A stretch of DNA of 62,928 nucleotides, the filler included, from Stramenopiles sp. TOSAG23-3 (lineage: Eukaryota), in NCBI GenBank assembly GCA_900128585.1. It is 11 parts of 11 records of this genome, joined end to end, with 100 filler letters (N's around TTAATTAATTAA, not from the genome) between each part and the next. Parts side by side here need not be neighbours in the genome. Positions count along the whole stretch, not along the records: positions 41,378 to 49,538 come from LT643057.1; positions 49,639 to 57,795 come from LT643058.1; positions 57,896 to 59,079 come from LT646303.1; positions 59,180 to 60,362 come from LT646304.1; 7 more parts are not named here. One strand, given 5' to 3'. Shown piece after piece: positions 48,629-59,322 of the stretch. Every line of letters starts with the position of its first letter. Positions within the stretch are counted from its first letter, which is position 1. The notes under the pieces are model-generated. The model was not told where the DNA came from. It did no database searches and saw only the letters and a list, made by a program, of their open reading frames with translations. The position numbers and the translations under genes are program-made.

Positions 48629-49638
48629 TTTTGTTGAGTTCGTTACAGTGGGTAGGGAAATCTTTCGATAATTTCTTTATAAAGTAAATGGTCAAATTAT
48701 ATATGATTATTTTACTGTTCCGATTCAATCCCATTTAAACATTTACGTATGTTAACATAAAGTAAAATGTAGATTTGGGTTAGAGGGTGTTTGTATCCCA
48801 AATTCCTTGTGCACAAGGGAACTCTTACTTGAAGAAGAACCGAACCCCACCACCCAACGAAAGGTCGAAAGAGCTCTGTTTATTTAAGGTTTACATATAA
48901 GATTGATATTCATTACGTTGTAATGTTTATTAATATGTGGTCTTAAAAAAATCTGCGAAGCAACAAACTAATAATATAATATAACAATGTCCTTAATTAA
49001 TCTATGGGTTTGTTTGAGGAAGCAATCGATTAAAATATTATAATTATACATATTAAATATTTATGTAATCCAATAATAATAATAACAAGATTTATTAGTT
49101 TCATTCATGTATCCCACAACATAACATTTTCGGATATCTATCTTCCTTCCTTTCCTTTCCTTTCCTTTCCTGACCGCCGCCCCGCGACTCCCAAATATAA
49201 TTATACAATACAATAATTAAGTATATCTATATAATATATTGCCTATTTAAAATCGACTATTTTCATATAGGAAACATTATACTATACAATACGTATTCTA
49301 TTATTTGGAATATACAACGATTAAGTATAATTTATACTTTATCTTTCCTAATTGTAAAATCTCGTTTCTGATTGGTTGGGTTTTCCCCTTATTTATTAAA
49401 TTTAATGAGCATTCCAATTCCAATTTCCAATGAGATTCGTTGAAGAAAGAAGAAAGAAAAGAAGAAGAATAGAAGAATGCAACTTAATTTCTTATAGCTT
49501 CATTCATACCATTTATACATAGCACAGTATGCTTTTTGNNNNNNNNNNNNNNNNNNNNNNNNNNNNNNNNNNNNNNNNNNNNTTAATTAATTAANNNNNN
49601 NNNNNNNNNNNNNNNNNNNNNNNNNNNNNNNNNNNNNN

Positions 49639-49984
49639 CCGACGGAGTTCTATGCTTCGCCGTCAGGGACGGCACCGGGGACATGAATCGTTTCCGGCTA
49701 GATGTCGAGGAGGAGGACCCCAACCCTCCCCCCTCCTCTTCCACCAGTGTTTCTTGCATAGACGGTTCGATACTAAACTTTCGCTTTCGCTTTCTTTGTC
49801 TCGACGACGGGCCGGCCCCGCCTGAGGAACTTGCACTTTCGTCGTCTGGGCGTCTCTTTCTCTTTCTTTTTGCATCCCCCCCCGCTTTCTTTTCTTTCTC
49901 CACCGGCTTCTCCACCGGCTTCTTCACCGCGCGGTAAACCTTCCGGAGCCCGGCTGTAAACCTAGAGAACATAGACATGTTCAT
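49639..49984 (-). CDS. 5' fragment of a basic/Ser-rich protein running into the contig edge
   Basis: GC-rich open frame from ATG 49984/49978; NLS-like KRKRKRR. Confidence 0.6.
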
Positions 49985-51558
49985 GCCCCCCCACCTCGAA
50001 CGAACGCTCGCTACGTAACGTTACGGGTAGCACACTTCTCTTTCCCCCAAAAGCAACCAGCTCAAAAATTAGACAATATTGTGTTTAATATGTCCTGCGT
50101 AAAACCACTAAATTTAATTATAGAAATAAAGAAACGTGAACGGTCTCTCTCTTTGTGGAAATGAAGTTTGATACAAAGCCTACTTTTATTTATACGTTTC
50201 TCTCTTTCAATTATTCTAATTATTTTATTATTTAAGAAGAAGAAGTAAAAAAAATAACAATCAATATTAATAATATACCATTACCACCAAGAATAAAAAA
50301 AATTGAATTGTTGTGTCATCCTGTACTACAATCAATCAATCACAACTTAAACTATGGAGTAAGTGTAGTAAACGTTTAATTTTTCATAGGGATTATATAG
50401 AAAAGCTCATCGTTCTTTATTCCTTCTTTCTATTCAATGTTCCATGGTGGTCCATTCCTCCTTTTATTTCGACTTAAATTATTAAACTAAAACTCAATCG
50501 ATGTCTTTTTCTTTCTTCCCGCCAAAGTATAAATAATAAGAAGAACGATTATTATATTTAATATATAATCAATGGTATTACTACTATATAATAAATAGAA
50601 TTATCATCAGGCTTCTTCAGACTACGAGGAGTACGAAGGAGGAGAAAGGAACTTCTTTTAATGTTTATCTAATAAAACAATACCCAAATACAAGTACAAC
50701 AGAAACTATTTATCAACAATACGTACTCCGTAGGTCTCGCGATCTTCTTCAAAGGAACTTTGGAGCTCAAATAAAATAGTAAACAGATTGATCTCCAGTG
50801 AAAATAATTTGGGATATTTTATAGTTGTTATCTTGTCTAATTTCCACTAATATTTATTAATTACAGTTCTTACCGCACTTCCTAGACTCCTCGTACACGT
50901 ATAATACGCCTAGCCTAGGCAGTGAGTGAGTGTAATACGAGGTAGAAGATGAAATTTTCATTTTTCATTTTTCTTTCTTTCTTCTTCCATCAAATTCTTC
51001 GCCTAAATTGGTGGGCAGGCAAGCGATGTGCAGAAAGGATTCGTAGAGTTTAAGGTGATAGAGTCCAGAGTAGAGTTTAAAGGTGTGGAAGGAAGGGCCC
51101 TCGCCTCGGTTGCTCCCTTGATCATCGGCCGTAAAATAATAACCGAGCATAGCAGGAACCCACCAGCATTTTTGACCAATAAAATGATTTATTATGTAAA
51201 TAAAATGAATGATGATGATGACACATTTTATTTCATTCTTCTTCTTCATTCACAATTGCTTCTATATCTTCTATCTTTCTCTTGTCCATCATTCTACTTC
51301 TCCATCTCATCGTGATATTGATTAAAATTGGCGGGGTTGGTGGGCTTAACACTACATCACTTTTCACATCGACCACATAACTTTCGATAGAAACGAATTC
51401 TATCGTTTTCACCCGGAGTATTTTTATTTTGCGCGAAACTTGACAGAAATCATTCGCAAACAAATATATTAAACAAAGACGTACAAACAAAGCGTCCGTC
51501 CATCCGTTGTGCGCGTGTGTTTTCCCCGGTGCTGCATACTTTGTAGAATACTATCGGC

Positions 51559-54522
51559 ATGGTGTTACTGGAGTGCATACGGGGTGGTTCGGAAGTGTAC
51601 GGTGACCTTGATGAAATCAAAGCGGGTGCCCTTGTGAGCGACCAGAACGACGAAGTAGGGGAGGATGGGGTAGCGAATATTGATTATAAAATTGCCCACG
51701 AGTACTGCAAGGCCTGCGTTCCTCGGCGTGTGATGGAAGTAGACCCTTCGGCCCCTGACGGGATCGCACGAGACGCCAACGGCGTCCCGATTCGCCGGTT
51801 GCGGCAGCCAGGGGACCAAGGTACCCCAAGTCTGTACACGGTCTTTGGCTGCAAGTCGTCCCACAAGGCCCTGTACGACTTTGGGATTGGCGTAGGGCTG
51901 TACTTTCACCAGCTTTTGGAATTTTCTGTCCTCTGCGCGGTCCTGTTCGCGGTCAACCTCCCTGTCCTGCTCTGCAACACAACCTTCAAGCGGCACCTGG
52001 AAAGCGGCGGTCCAGCGCCACCCAATATTTGTGGGTTGAATTTTGAGGACATGAAGAAGCAATACGTTGATGCCGGGATTTGGCCGAGCAACTATACCAT
52101 CGCTCAGTTAGACTACAAAACAAATGCAGACTGGAAGTCCATGGGGGATTATGGTCACATAAAAACGCAGGTCACTGCCCTACAGGCGGCCGTAGAGTTT
52201 GCAAGTGTGTTCATCATGCTTGCGTTTCTTTTCTTTTCGAAGATGTACAATGAAAAGTTTGCCACCAAGATTGATTTGTCCATGCAAACTGCGCAAGATT
52301 ACGGGGTGATCGTGACCAGCCGATCGGGATTTTTGCCGAGGAATGCGAGCGACATCAAGCAGGCGTACAAGGAGCTGCTGCCAGCGTATGAAGTGGTCAG
52401 CGTGTCGCTCGTCTACAACAACCGCAAGATGTTCAAGCTCCTCCGGAAACTGGTGCTTCAGCATCGCGCGCTCATCAGCAAGCGCGTCAACGAGCTCAAA
52501 AACAAGAAAAAGAATGTGTCGAAAGCAGACTTGGAAAGGATAGAAGGCCAGGCGAAGAAGGAGGCCAGGGAGGGCAAAAAAATCAAAGTGGAAGGCGCAA
52601 AAAAGTTCGGCATTGGCTGCGATTTTAACATTCACGCCCACCGTTATTACGAGTTGTTGCACGAGATTGACGAGTTGAACAAAGAGATCGAAGCAGACTC
52701 AGAGCGGAAGCCAAAGGCGGCGTACGTTGTATTCGATACCGAAGGCGGCGCAAGGACTGCGTGCGAATTATACGGGCAGAGTTCCCTGGAAAAAATGAAC
52801 TTATGCGGCTGCACGGAGAACATCCAGCGAGTGAAAGACGTGTACAACTCCGGCCGAGACCCGCTCGTAACGGACCTAATACAGGCCTGTAACCACGAGG
52901 AAGCCAGGGAACCGTCGGATTTGCTGTGGGAAAACATTGGCGTTAGCAACATGGAAGTCAACGTGAGAAGCAGTCTCTCATGGGTTGCCGCGGGAGTGGT
53001 GTGCTCGATCTTGTTTGGGATCCTTCTTGCCATGAAAGGGGACCAGGCTCGACAAAAGGCGGGGAACTCGGTGGGCGGCGACTACGTGGACGCTGCCCTT
53101 TCCACCGTGGCCTCCATGGTCATTGTCGTGTTGAACATGGCCCTTCCCAGGGTCATGAAGGCGTCTTGCAGTGTTGAGGTTCATAAATCGGTCACCGACA
53201 AGCAGAACTCAATGATGACAAAGCTGTCCATCGTTCGATTTTTCAACACAGCTATTCTAACCTTCCTCCTTACCCCGTCGGGTAACGTTCTGAGCTCCCG
53301 CACAATCACGGACGTGCAAAGTATTTTGATTGCCGACCTTACCATCCCGGCGATGAGCAGGTTGGTGGACGTGTACAACCTGGTCATGCGTTACGGGGTT
53401 GGGAGATCCGCCGCGACGCAGACGCAATTAAATCAATATTTCAGCGGGACGGAGTGGAAGCTTGCCGAGCGATACACTGACGTGTCAAAAACTATATTTG
53501 TATGCTTGTTCTATGGAGCCATTCTTCCGTCTGGGTACGCAATTTGCGCGATTACCTTTTTGGTGACCTACCTGACCGACAAATACTTGCTCCTACGCCG
53601 GTGGAGGGAGCCCCCGAAGTACGACGACGAGATGACAAAGCGAAGCCGAATGCTGCTCTTCATGGGCGTCTTGGCACATGTGTGTGTCACCAAATTCTTT
53701 TACGACTTCTGGCCATTTATCTGCCCGAAAGGCAAAGAAGATGACTGCAACAAGCCGATCAGCCAGGCAGTTGGAGTCCGCAAGCCCACCATGGATGACG
53801 CGCCAAGCACGACAACCATCGCTATTATTATGTTTATCGTCATGATTGCTACTATTGTGTACTTCTTGAAAGAAACCATCCTGTCTAAACTTTACAGCGT
53901 TTGGAAACGGTATTGCACAGCAAAGCATGCAGAGCAAGGTGGGCGTGCAACGAACTTGAGCTACAGCACAAGAGAAACCATCGATACGTACGAGCCCAGG
54001 CTTGACATCCCGCCGCTCGATATTCCTTGCGTTCTCCGCCGGGGCAAGTATGAAAAACCGACCGGATTTTCCACGTACATGCACGATGTTGCCTGCAAAA
54101 CAATGTCAGATTTTACTGGCCAGGAGAACTGGAAATTTGCTGGCCAAACAAGTGCACCAAAACAGCCATTTACGTCAGACAAGATGTTCCAATTTAAGCT
54201 GTGGTTCACCCACACCGCGGGAACGAAAGCTGCGCCGGTCAACGCGGCCGCCGCCATGCTGCAGCAGCAACAAGCGCAGCAGCAACGAATGCTACTGGAG
54301 CAGCAACAATTGCAGATGGCGCAGCGACTGGCGATGGGACAGAGGGGCCCAGCACCGCAAATAAATCCAATTGGTGCTGGTGGGACGGTTGCGATTCAGG
54401 TAACAATACCCCATGGGGTTGCGCCAGGAAGTTTGATGAGCGTTCAAACTCCGAAGGGGCTAGTTCAAGTCAAAGTCCCCTTCGGAATGGCCCCTGGAAT
54501 GCAATTTGTGGTGAATGTTTGA
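51559..54522 (+). CDS. OSCA/TMEM63 (CSC1)-like mechanosensitive channel with a Q-rich linker and a C-terminal VxIPxGxxPG module
   Basis: FGIGVGLYF, TAQDYGVIV, AYVVFDTE, EAREPSDLLWENI, DKYLLLR; ~10 TM segments. Confidence 0.85.
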   Translation: MVLLECIRGGSEVYGDLDEIKAGALVSDQNDEVGEDGVANIDYKIAHEYCKACVPRRVMEVDPSAPDGIARDANGVPIRRLRQPGDQGTPSLYTVFGCKSSHKALYDFGIGVGLYFHQLLEFSVLCAVLFAVNLPVLLCNTTFKRHLESGGPAPPNICGLNFEDMKKQYVDAGIWPSNYTIAQLDYKTNADWKSMGDYGHIKTQVTALQAAVEFASVFIMLAFLFFSKMYNEKFATKIDLSMQTAQDYGVIVTSRSGFLPRNASDIKQAYKELLPAYEVVSVSLVYNNRKMFKLLRKLVLQHRALISKRVNELKNKKKNVSKADLERIEGQAKKEAREGKKIKVEGAKKFGIGCDFNIHAHRYYELLHEIDELNKEIEADSERKPKAAYVVFDTEGGARTACELYGQSSLEKMNLCGCTENIQRVKDVYNSGRDPLVTDLIQACNHEEAREPSDLLWENIGVSNMEVNVRSSLSWVAAGVVCSILFGILLAMKGDQARQKAGNSVGGDYVDAALSTVASMVIVVLNMALPRVMKASCSVEVHKSVTDKQNSMMTKLSIVRFFNTAILTFLLTPSGNVLSSRTITDVQSILIADLTIPAMSRLVDVYNLVMRYGVGRSAATQTQLNQYFSGTEWKLAERYTDVSKTIFVCLFYGAILPSGYAICAITFLVTYLTDKYLLLRRWREPPKYDDEMTKRSRMLLFMGVLAHVCVTKFFYDFWPFICPKGKEDDCNKPISQAVGVRKPTMDDAPSTTTIAIIMFIVMIATIVYFLKETILSKLYSVWKRYCTAKHAEQGGRATNLSYSTRETIDTYEPRLDIPPLDIPCVLRRGKYEKPTGFSTYMHDVACKTMSDFTGQENWKFAGQTSAPKQPFTSDKMFQFKLWFTHTAGTKAAPVNAAAAMLQQQQAQQQRMLLEQQQLQMAQRLAMGQRGPAPQINPIGAGGTVAIQVTIPHGVAPGSLMSVQTPKGLVQVKVPFGMAPGMQFVVNV

Positions 54523-54524
54523 TG

Positions 54525-54549
54525 AAAACAAAATTGATGGCTGTTATTT
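54525..54549 (+). promoter_or_regulatory. Variant of recurrent 3'-flank motif (AAAACAAAATTGATGGCTGTTATTT)
   Basis: Immediately after the + strand stop at 54522. Confidence 0.4.
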
Positions 54550-54860
54550 GAGTCATAATAAATACGAACGCAAGGGTAAATTTTAGTGTTTTAAGAATAT
54601 TGATAATTTAAAAACAAATTATGTATTATTAGTATTGTTTTAATACGATAAAAATGTGCTGTAAATTTACTCTATTACAAAATTTCAAAAATCTGATTGA
54701 CGTACTTCCTAAATATGCATATCATATTTGTTCAAACAAAAAATCTTATTTCAACAACTTTTTAAAGCAAAGATAAGTTCGCAGTACATGAAGGAATGTA
54801 AACCTTGAATTGTCTAAATCTAGAGTTCAGTTCGCAGTACCATTAATTTTAATTACTTAA

Positions 54861-54881
54861 ATAACAGCCAGTTTTCTTGTT
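54861..54881 (-). promoter_or_regulatory. Copy of recurrent 3'-flank motif (ATAACAGCCAGTTTTCTTGTT on +)
   Basis: ~140 nt downstream of the - strand stop at 55022. Confidence 0.5.
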
Positions 54882-55021
54882 GAATAAAAAAACACCAAAA
54901 ATGTTTTTTATTACTTCGGTGTATTTTTTTCAGACGTCGTATTTAATATATCATGTTGTTGTTTTTGTACGAAAGTCAAACCTTTTAAACCGAAAAAATA
55001 ACGAAGTACTTGCTTTCCTTT

Positions 55022-55879
55022 TCACCGTTTCCCCAAATGTACCACAGTATTATTACCACAAATAATTTTCTGCTTACCGGTTTCTAATTCCTCTTTTACG
55101 ATTCCAAGAGGAGAAGTCACAACCCCACCTGCTTCTGCTATGATACAGGCCCCTGCAGCAATATCCCAAATTCCACCAATGTTCAATTCATAGTAGCAGC
55201 TCAATTTTGCAGCAGCAGTGTAGGCCATGCTAACGCAGCATGAACCGAGCATACGGATAGAGCGGGCGTTCTCCTTCATCAAACCATGAACGCACGACAC
55301 CTGCTCTTGAACAATGGACGGGTCCCTAGAGTGCCCAAAATTCGACGCTATCAGGGCTTCGGAAAGGTTGGCCGAGTTGTCAACAAAGATTTGACGCCCG
55401 TTCAGGAAAGCTCCGTAACCCCGTCCAGCTTGAAACATTTCGTCCGACGCTGGGAGGTAAATAACACCCATGACCGGTTTCTTGTTTATTAGCAACCCAA
55501 TACTAATGGCAAAGAGGGGGGTGAGTGCATGTACAAAGTTTGTCGTTCCGTCTATAGGATCGACACACCAGGTTGGCTTGTCTGTCAGGACTGAGTCTGC
55601 AGAGCTTTCTTCCCCAATGAAGCAGTGGTCCGGAAACCGCTTCCGCAACCGCTGAAAAATATTTTCTTCACACTTTTTATCAACCGCTGTCACCAGGTCT
55701 ATGCCACCCTTGCTAATAACACCAAGGGCATTATCATTGTTCCCACCTGCATCCAGGGAATTGATCAGCTTCATGGCCAAGTTACCAGCAGACCTAGCGG
55801 CGTGAGAGGCTTCCACAACGTAGTCGTCCACCATCAGTTGGTCGTTCCTACCTTGTTCTTCCGTGAGTAAAGAGGCCAT
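55022..55879 (-). CDS. IMPA: Inositol monophosphatase
   Basis: DLVTAVDKKCE, FIGEE, WCVDPIDGTTNFVH, RSIRMLGS, WDIAAG. Confidence 0.95.
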   Translation of the reverse strand: MASLLTEEQGRNDQLMVDDYVVEASHAARSAGNLAMKLINSLDAGGNNDNALGVISKGGIDLVTAVDKKCEENIFQRLRKRFPDHCFIGEESSADSVLTDKPTWCVDPIDGTTNFVHALTPLFAISIGLLINKKPVMGVIYLPASDEMFQAGRGYGAFLNGRQIFVDNSANLSEALIASNFGHSRDPSIVQEQVSCVHGLMKENARSIRMLGSCCVSMAYTAAAKLSCYYELNIGGIWDIAAGACIIAEAGGVVTSPLGIVKEELETGKQKIICGNNTVVHLGKR

Positions 55880-56683
55880 TGTTGTTCAAGCGAAAAGAAA
55901 TTCAAAGTCAAGTATAATTGTGTAAACAATCGTGCTAAATGTCTGGGATTTCTTCACATTCTCTTGCTAATTATTAAGACTTCTTAAATACATGATATAT
56001 ATGATAAGTTTTGTATGGAATTTTCAATCATTTATCGTAGAGTGGTGGTGGTGGTCTACGGAGAAGATTAATAATTTGATAATAATTTATTATATTATTT
56101 AATAATAAATTATTATTATTAAAATAAAAAAATAATATTAATAATAGCTTTACACCACACGCACAAGTGGCAACAAGAGGAGGCATGGCGCACGGCACGA
56201 CGACTGAGCCGGCGGTAGTACGGAACGAAAAAAAAAGGATTTCATCATGCTCCTCATATAATCCCAAACAGCAAAGCCACAACAGCATCAGGGCTTTCGT
56301 GTCTTTCAATCCTTCTTCTTTCTTTCAATCCTGTCCAAATAATAAATATGCCATTTTTTCAACAACAAGGGAGAGGAGGAGAGAGGATTCGATCCAACAC
56401 AATTCATATTACAATACGGTATAATACCAAGGTATATAATACAAAAGTACCGGTAAAACAACAAAGTCAAAAAAAGAAATAAAAAAAAAATCTGCTGTGG
56501 TGCCTCGGTTGTGATAGGAGGATTGAATTGGACGTTTTGGGGTAATAATATAGTACACTATATTATACGTCACATATTGAGACCAAAACAATTCTGGGCA
56601 AAAAAGATAGATAAGTATCACGAATATGTAAGAAATAAGTATTTCATCATATTGCCCGTTCGACGGGACGTTTGCATGCGCAA

Positions 56684-57795
56684 ATGGCGTTTCTTTTGCA
56701 TCCTTTTCAATATTTGTTTTCATCCTCCAAGGAGGACGGGGGGACTAAGAAACTTGATTGTGGTATAGTGAAGCTTTTATTTGCGAAGGATAGTGCCGAT
56801 GTTCTTGGGGATGTTTTGTTTCACCGTTTGCAGACAGCGTGTGCGAAAAAAATCGAGGTGAGCCCTAATCCCTCGAATGACTGTGCGACTGTTCTGATCA
56901 AGTTGAAACATATCAAAGCTCCCAATCTTCTCGAAGCGTTGCTTTTAAAAGTACCAAACAGTGATTATTTCGAGGAAACCGCGAGTGCACAATCTGTCTT
57001 GGAGGGCGATGTCATAGTTGTATGCGTTCCTTTAGACTCCAGAGAAACATTTATGAGAGTTCAACGCGAGTGGGTCTCAAATTTCCGGCGTGTAAACCCG
57101 ACAGGAACAAAGCCATACCTCTTTTGCGGTATTTCCGACGCGGCAAGTAAGGGCCAAGCCGTTAACAGCACGGAGGCACTGTTGTTTGCCCAAGAACTAT
57201 CGGAAATTAATCGTGCCATTTTATCCGAGGGTACCCGCCACCCAAAAAAGCCTGACCCTTTTGTATCTCCTATCCGGTACATAGAAGTCAGAGTCAATTC
57301 CAAGCATGAGAGTGTGCTGAAAAATGTACATACACTTTTGTACGGTGCTGGGATTTTGGGCTACTACGAACGCTCTCTTCGCGAGCCACGAGAGTTTACA
57401 CGAGCTGTATTATCAAACCCACACAGGGTTGCGAAAGTCTTGAATAAGATAGAAAGGCGGGGTGTGCCATGGCGAAGAATGTTCAACTGGACACCATCAG
57501 CCCATTTGAAGGTGTGCTGCGATGACCAGCAGCGCGCGATTTTGGCATCGGCGCTGGTCTTGTTGAGGCATAAAATCCCAGGTCACATTTCAAAACAAAT
57601 CATATTTTCGTTTCTTCCTATCTGTATCTGTGCCTACCAATGGAGAGGGACAATGGTGAACAAGGAGGATGCTTACGGCGTGCGTTTGCAGAGCATAGCA
57701 ACTGCGGCTACATTAAAAAAACAAAATAAAGGGTTAGAAAACGTTCCAAAAAATACGCTATCAGACGAATTTTTGAACAAAGATTTTGCACAATT
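56684..57795 (+). CDS. Protein with a degenerate Rho-like GTPase fold (no P-loop) and a WxPxxH..LP..IFSFL module; 3' partial
   Basis: DVIVVCVPLDSRETFMRVQREWVSNFRR..PYLFCG resembles the Rho beta4-alpha3-beta5 region; runs into the spacer. Confidence 0.65.
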
Positions 57796-57895
57796 NNNNN
57801 NNNNNNNNNNNNNNNNNNNNNNNNNNNNNNNNNNNNNNNTTAATTAATTAANNNNNNNNNNNNNNNNNNNNNNNNNNNNNNNNNNNNNNNNNNNN

Positions 57896-57963
57896 GACTG
57901 CCCCACCACGAGCAGGACCAGCAACACGCACACCAGACGACCGTTCGCCGTTGACTTGACCAT
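57896..57963 (-). CDS. 5' fragment (signal peptide) of a secreted protein
   Basis: MVKSTANGRLVCVLLVLLVVGQ running into the spacer. Confidence 0.45.
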
Positions 57964-59179
57964 TGTGTGTGTGTGTGTATATATATGTACCAAACACACG
58001 ACTATAATACTAACTAAAGTATGAAAGGTAAAGAATACTAACGAATGGAATGACAAGAAACGTTTCAACCCTTAACCAAAGCATGGAAACTAAACCTTTC
58101 TTCTTCATTTCCTTTTCTCTTGTACTTCTTTCATTCAGTTTACGTCACTACACTTCTAAGTAGTTTCTTATTAATAATAAATCTACCTTCATCTCTTCTT
58201 CTTTCTATAGATAGAACCATATTAATTTTATGTTTGTATACTTATGCTATAATAAGTATAAATTATACTCTATTTAAATATATATTCTATTAGACCAAGA
58301 CAAAATAAGCAACATTTAAGGAGATATTTCAATAATGATTATATATGCTGTATGTATGTAAAAGAGGTATATTTTATCACTTTTTTAAATTCTATTTAGT
58401 TATAATTAATATTGAGAAATGATTTAATCTAAATCCCTTTAGATATATATAGTCTTATCATATAAAAAGGGATTCTATATAGTTATATCCTTAATTATGG
58501 ATTATCTTGTTCATCCCTATTTATTAAGTTATTCTATTGTATATATCTCCTATTATATTATATGTATACTTAATAGTACTTATACTACTCCCCCCCCATT
58601 TCTTTAATTTCTTTTTAATTTCTTTGATTTGACCTTCCTTCTTCTTCTTCTTTCTTCACTCTTTCCTTTTTTGTAGAAGAGACCATTATAGAATATGTAT
58701 TTAAATTATGTAATTAATTAAAGTACATATTACCTATCAGATTAAAAAGACACTTCTTCTTCTTATATAAAAAAAAAAAGAAGAAGAGAAGAAGAAGAAA
58801 GACCATTCTTCTTCTTCTTACTTATATACACGACTATTATTATTATGTGATACGAGTAGTATTACTTGTTTTTTTAAACTTATCTTTTAGAGGAGTGATA
58901 AACGAACGAGGCAGGTTAAAAATTTGTTAAAATGATCAATGACTTGACAAGTAATTCCTCAACAATTTAGTTTGGATTAAGGTAAAACTACCATAATAGA
59001 TTGATTGGTTTGTGGAGGGTACGGAAGGAAAGAAAGCAACGAAAGGAAACGAAGCCGACCATGGAACCAACCGGGGCGANNNNNNNNNNNNNNNNNNNNN
59101 NNNNNNNNNNNNNNNNNNNNNNNTTAATTAATTAANNNNNNNNNNNNNNNNNNNNNNNNNNNNNNNNNNNNNNNNNNNN

Positions 59180-59322
59180 TAAGCGGTCCCGAAATCATAG
59201 CCTTGCCCTTGCAGCGTTCCATCTTCGTCCAGAGTGAAAGAAAAACTATAAATTTCGTGTATGAAAAGTACTATTGTTACCGCCACCAGCGCGAGCCTCC
59301 TAAGAGACAATTGCATCGCCAT
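59180..59322 (-). CDS. 5' fragment of a secreted protein
   Basis: MAMQLSLRRLALVAVTIVLFIHEIYSFSFTLDEDGTLQGQGYDFGTA running into the spacer. Confidence 0.6.

Noticed and set aside
50360-50372. U2 branch-recognition word AAGTGTAGTA
   Set aside because: No flanking U2 sequence or structure
54900-55045. Intron or truncation at the IMPase C-terminus
   Set aside because: All catalytic motifs are present and no convincing acceptor or exon was found downstream
57796-57895. Convergent gene pair or operon-like links across spacers
   Set aside because: The flanking sequences are different contigs, so the adjacency is artificial
59061-59079. Gene start ATGGAACCAACCGGGGCGA at the contig edge
   Set aside because: Only six codons are visible, too short to support
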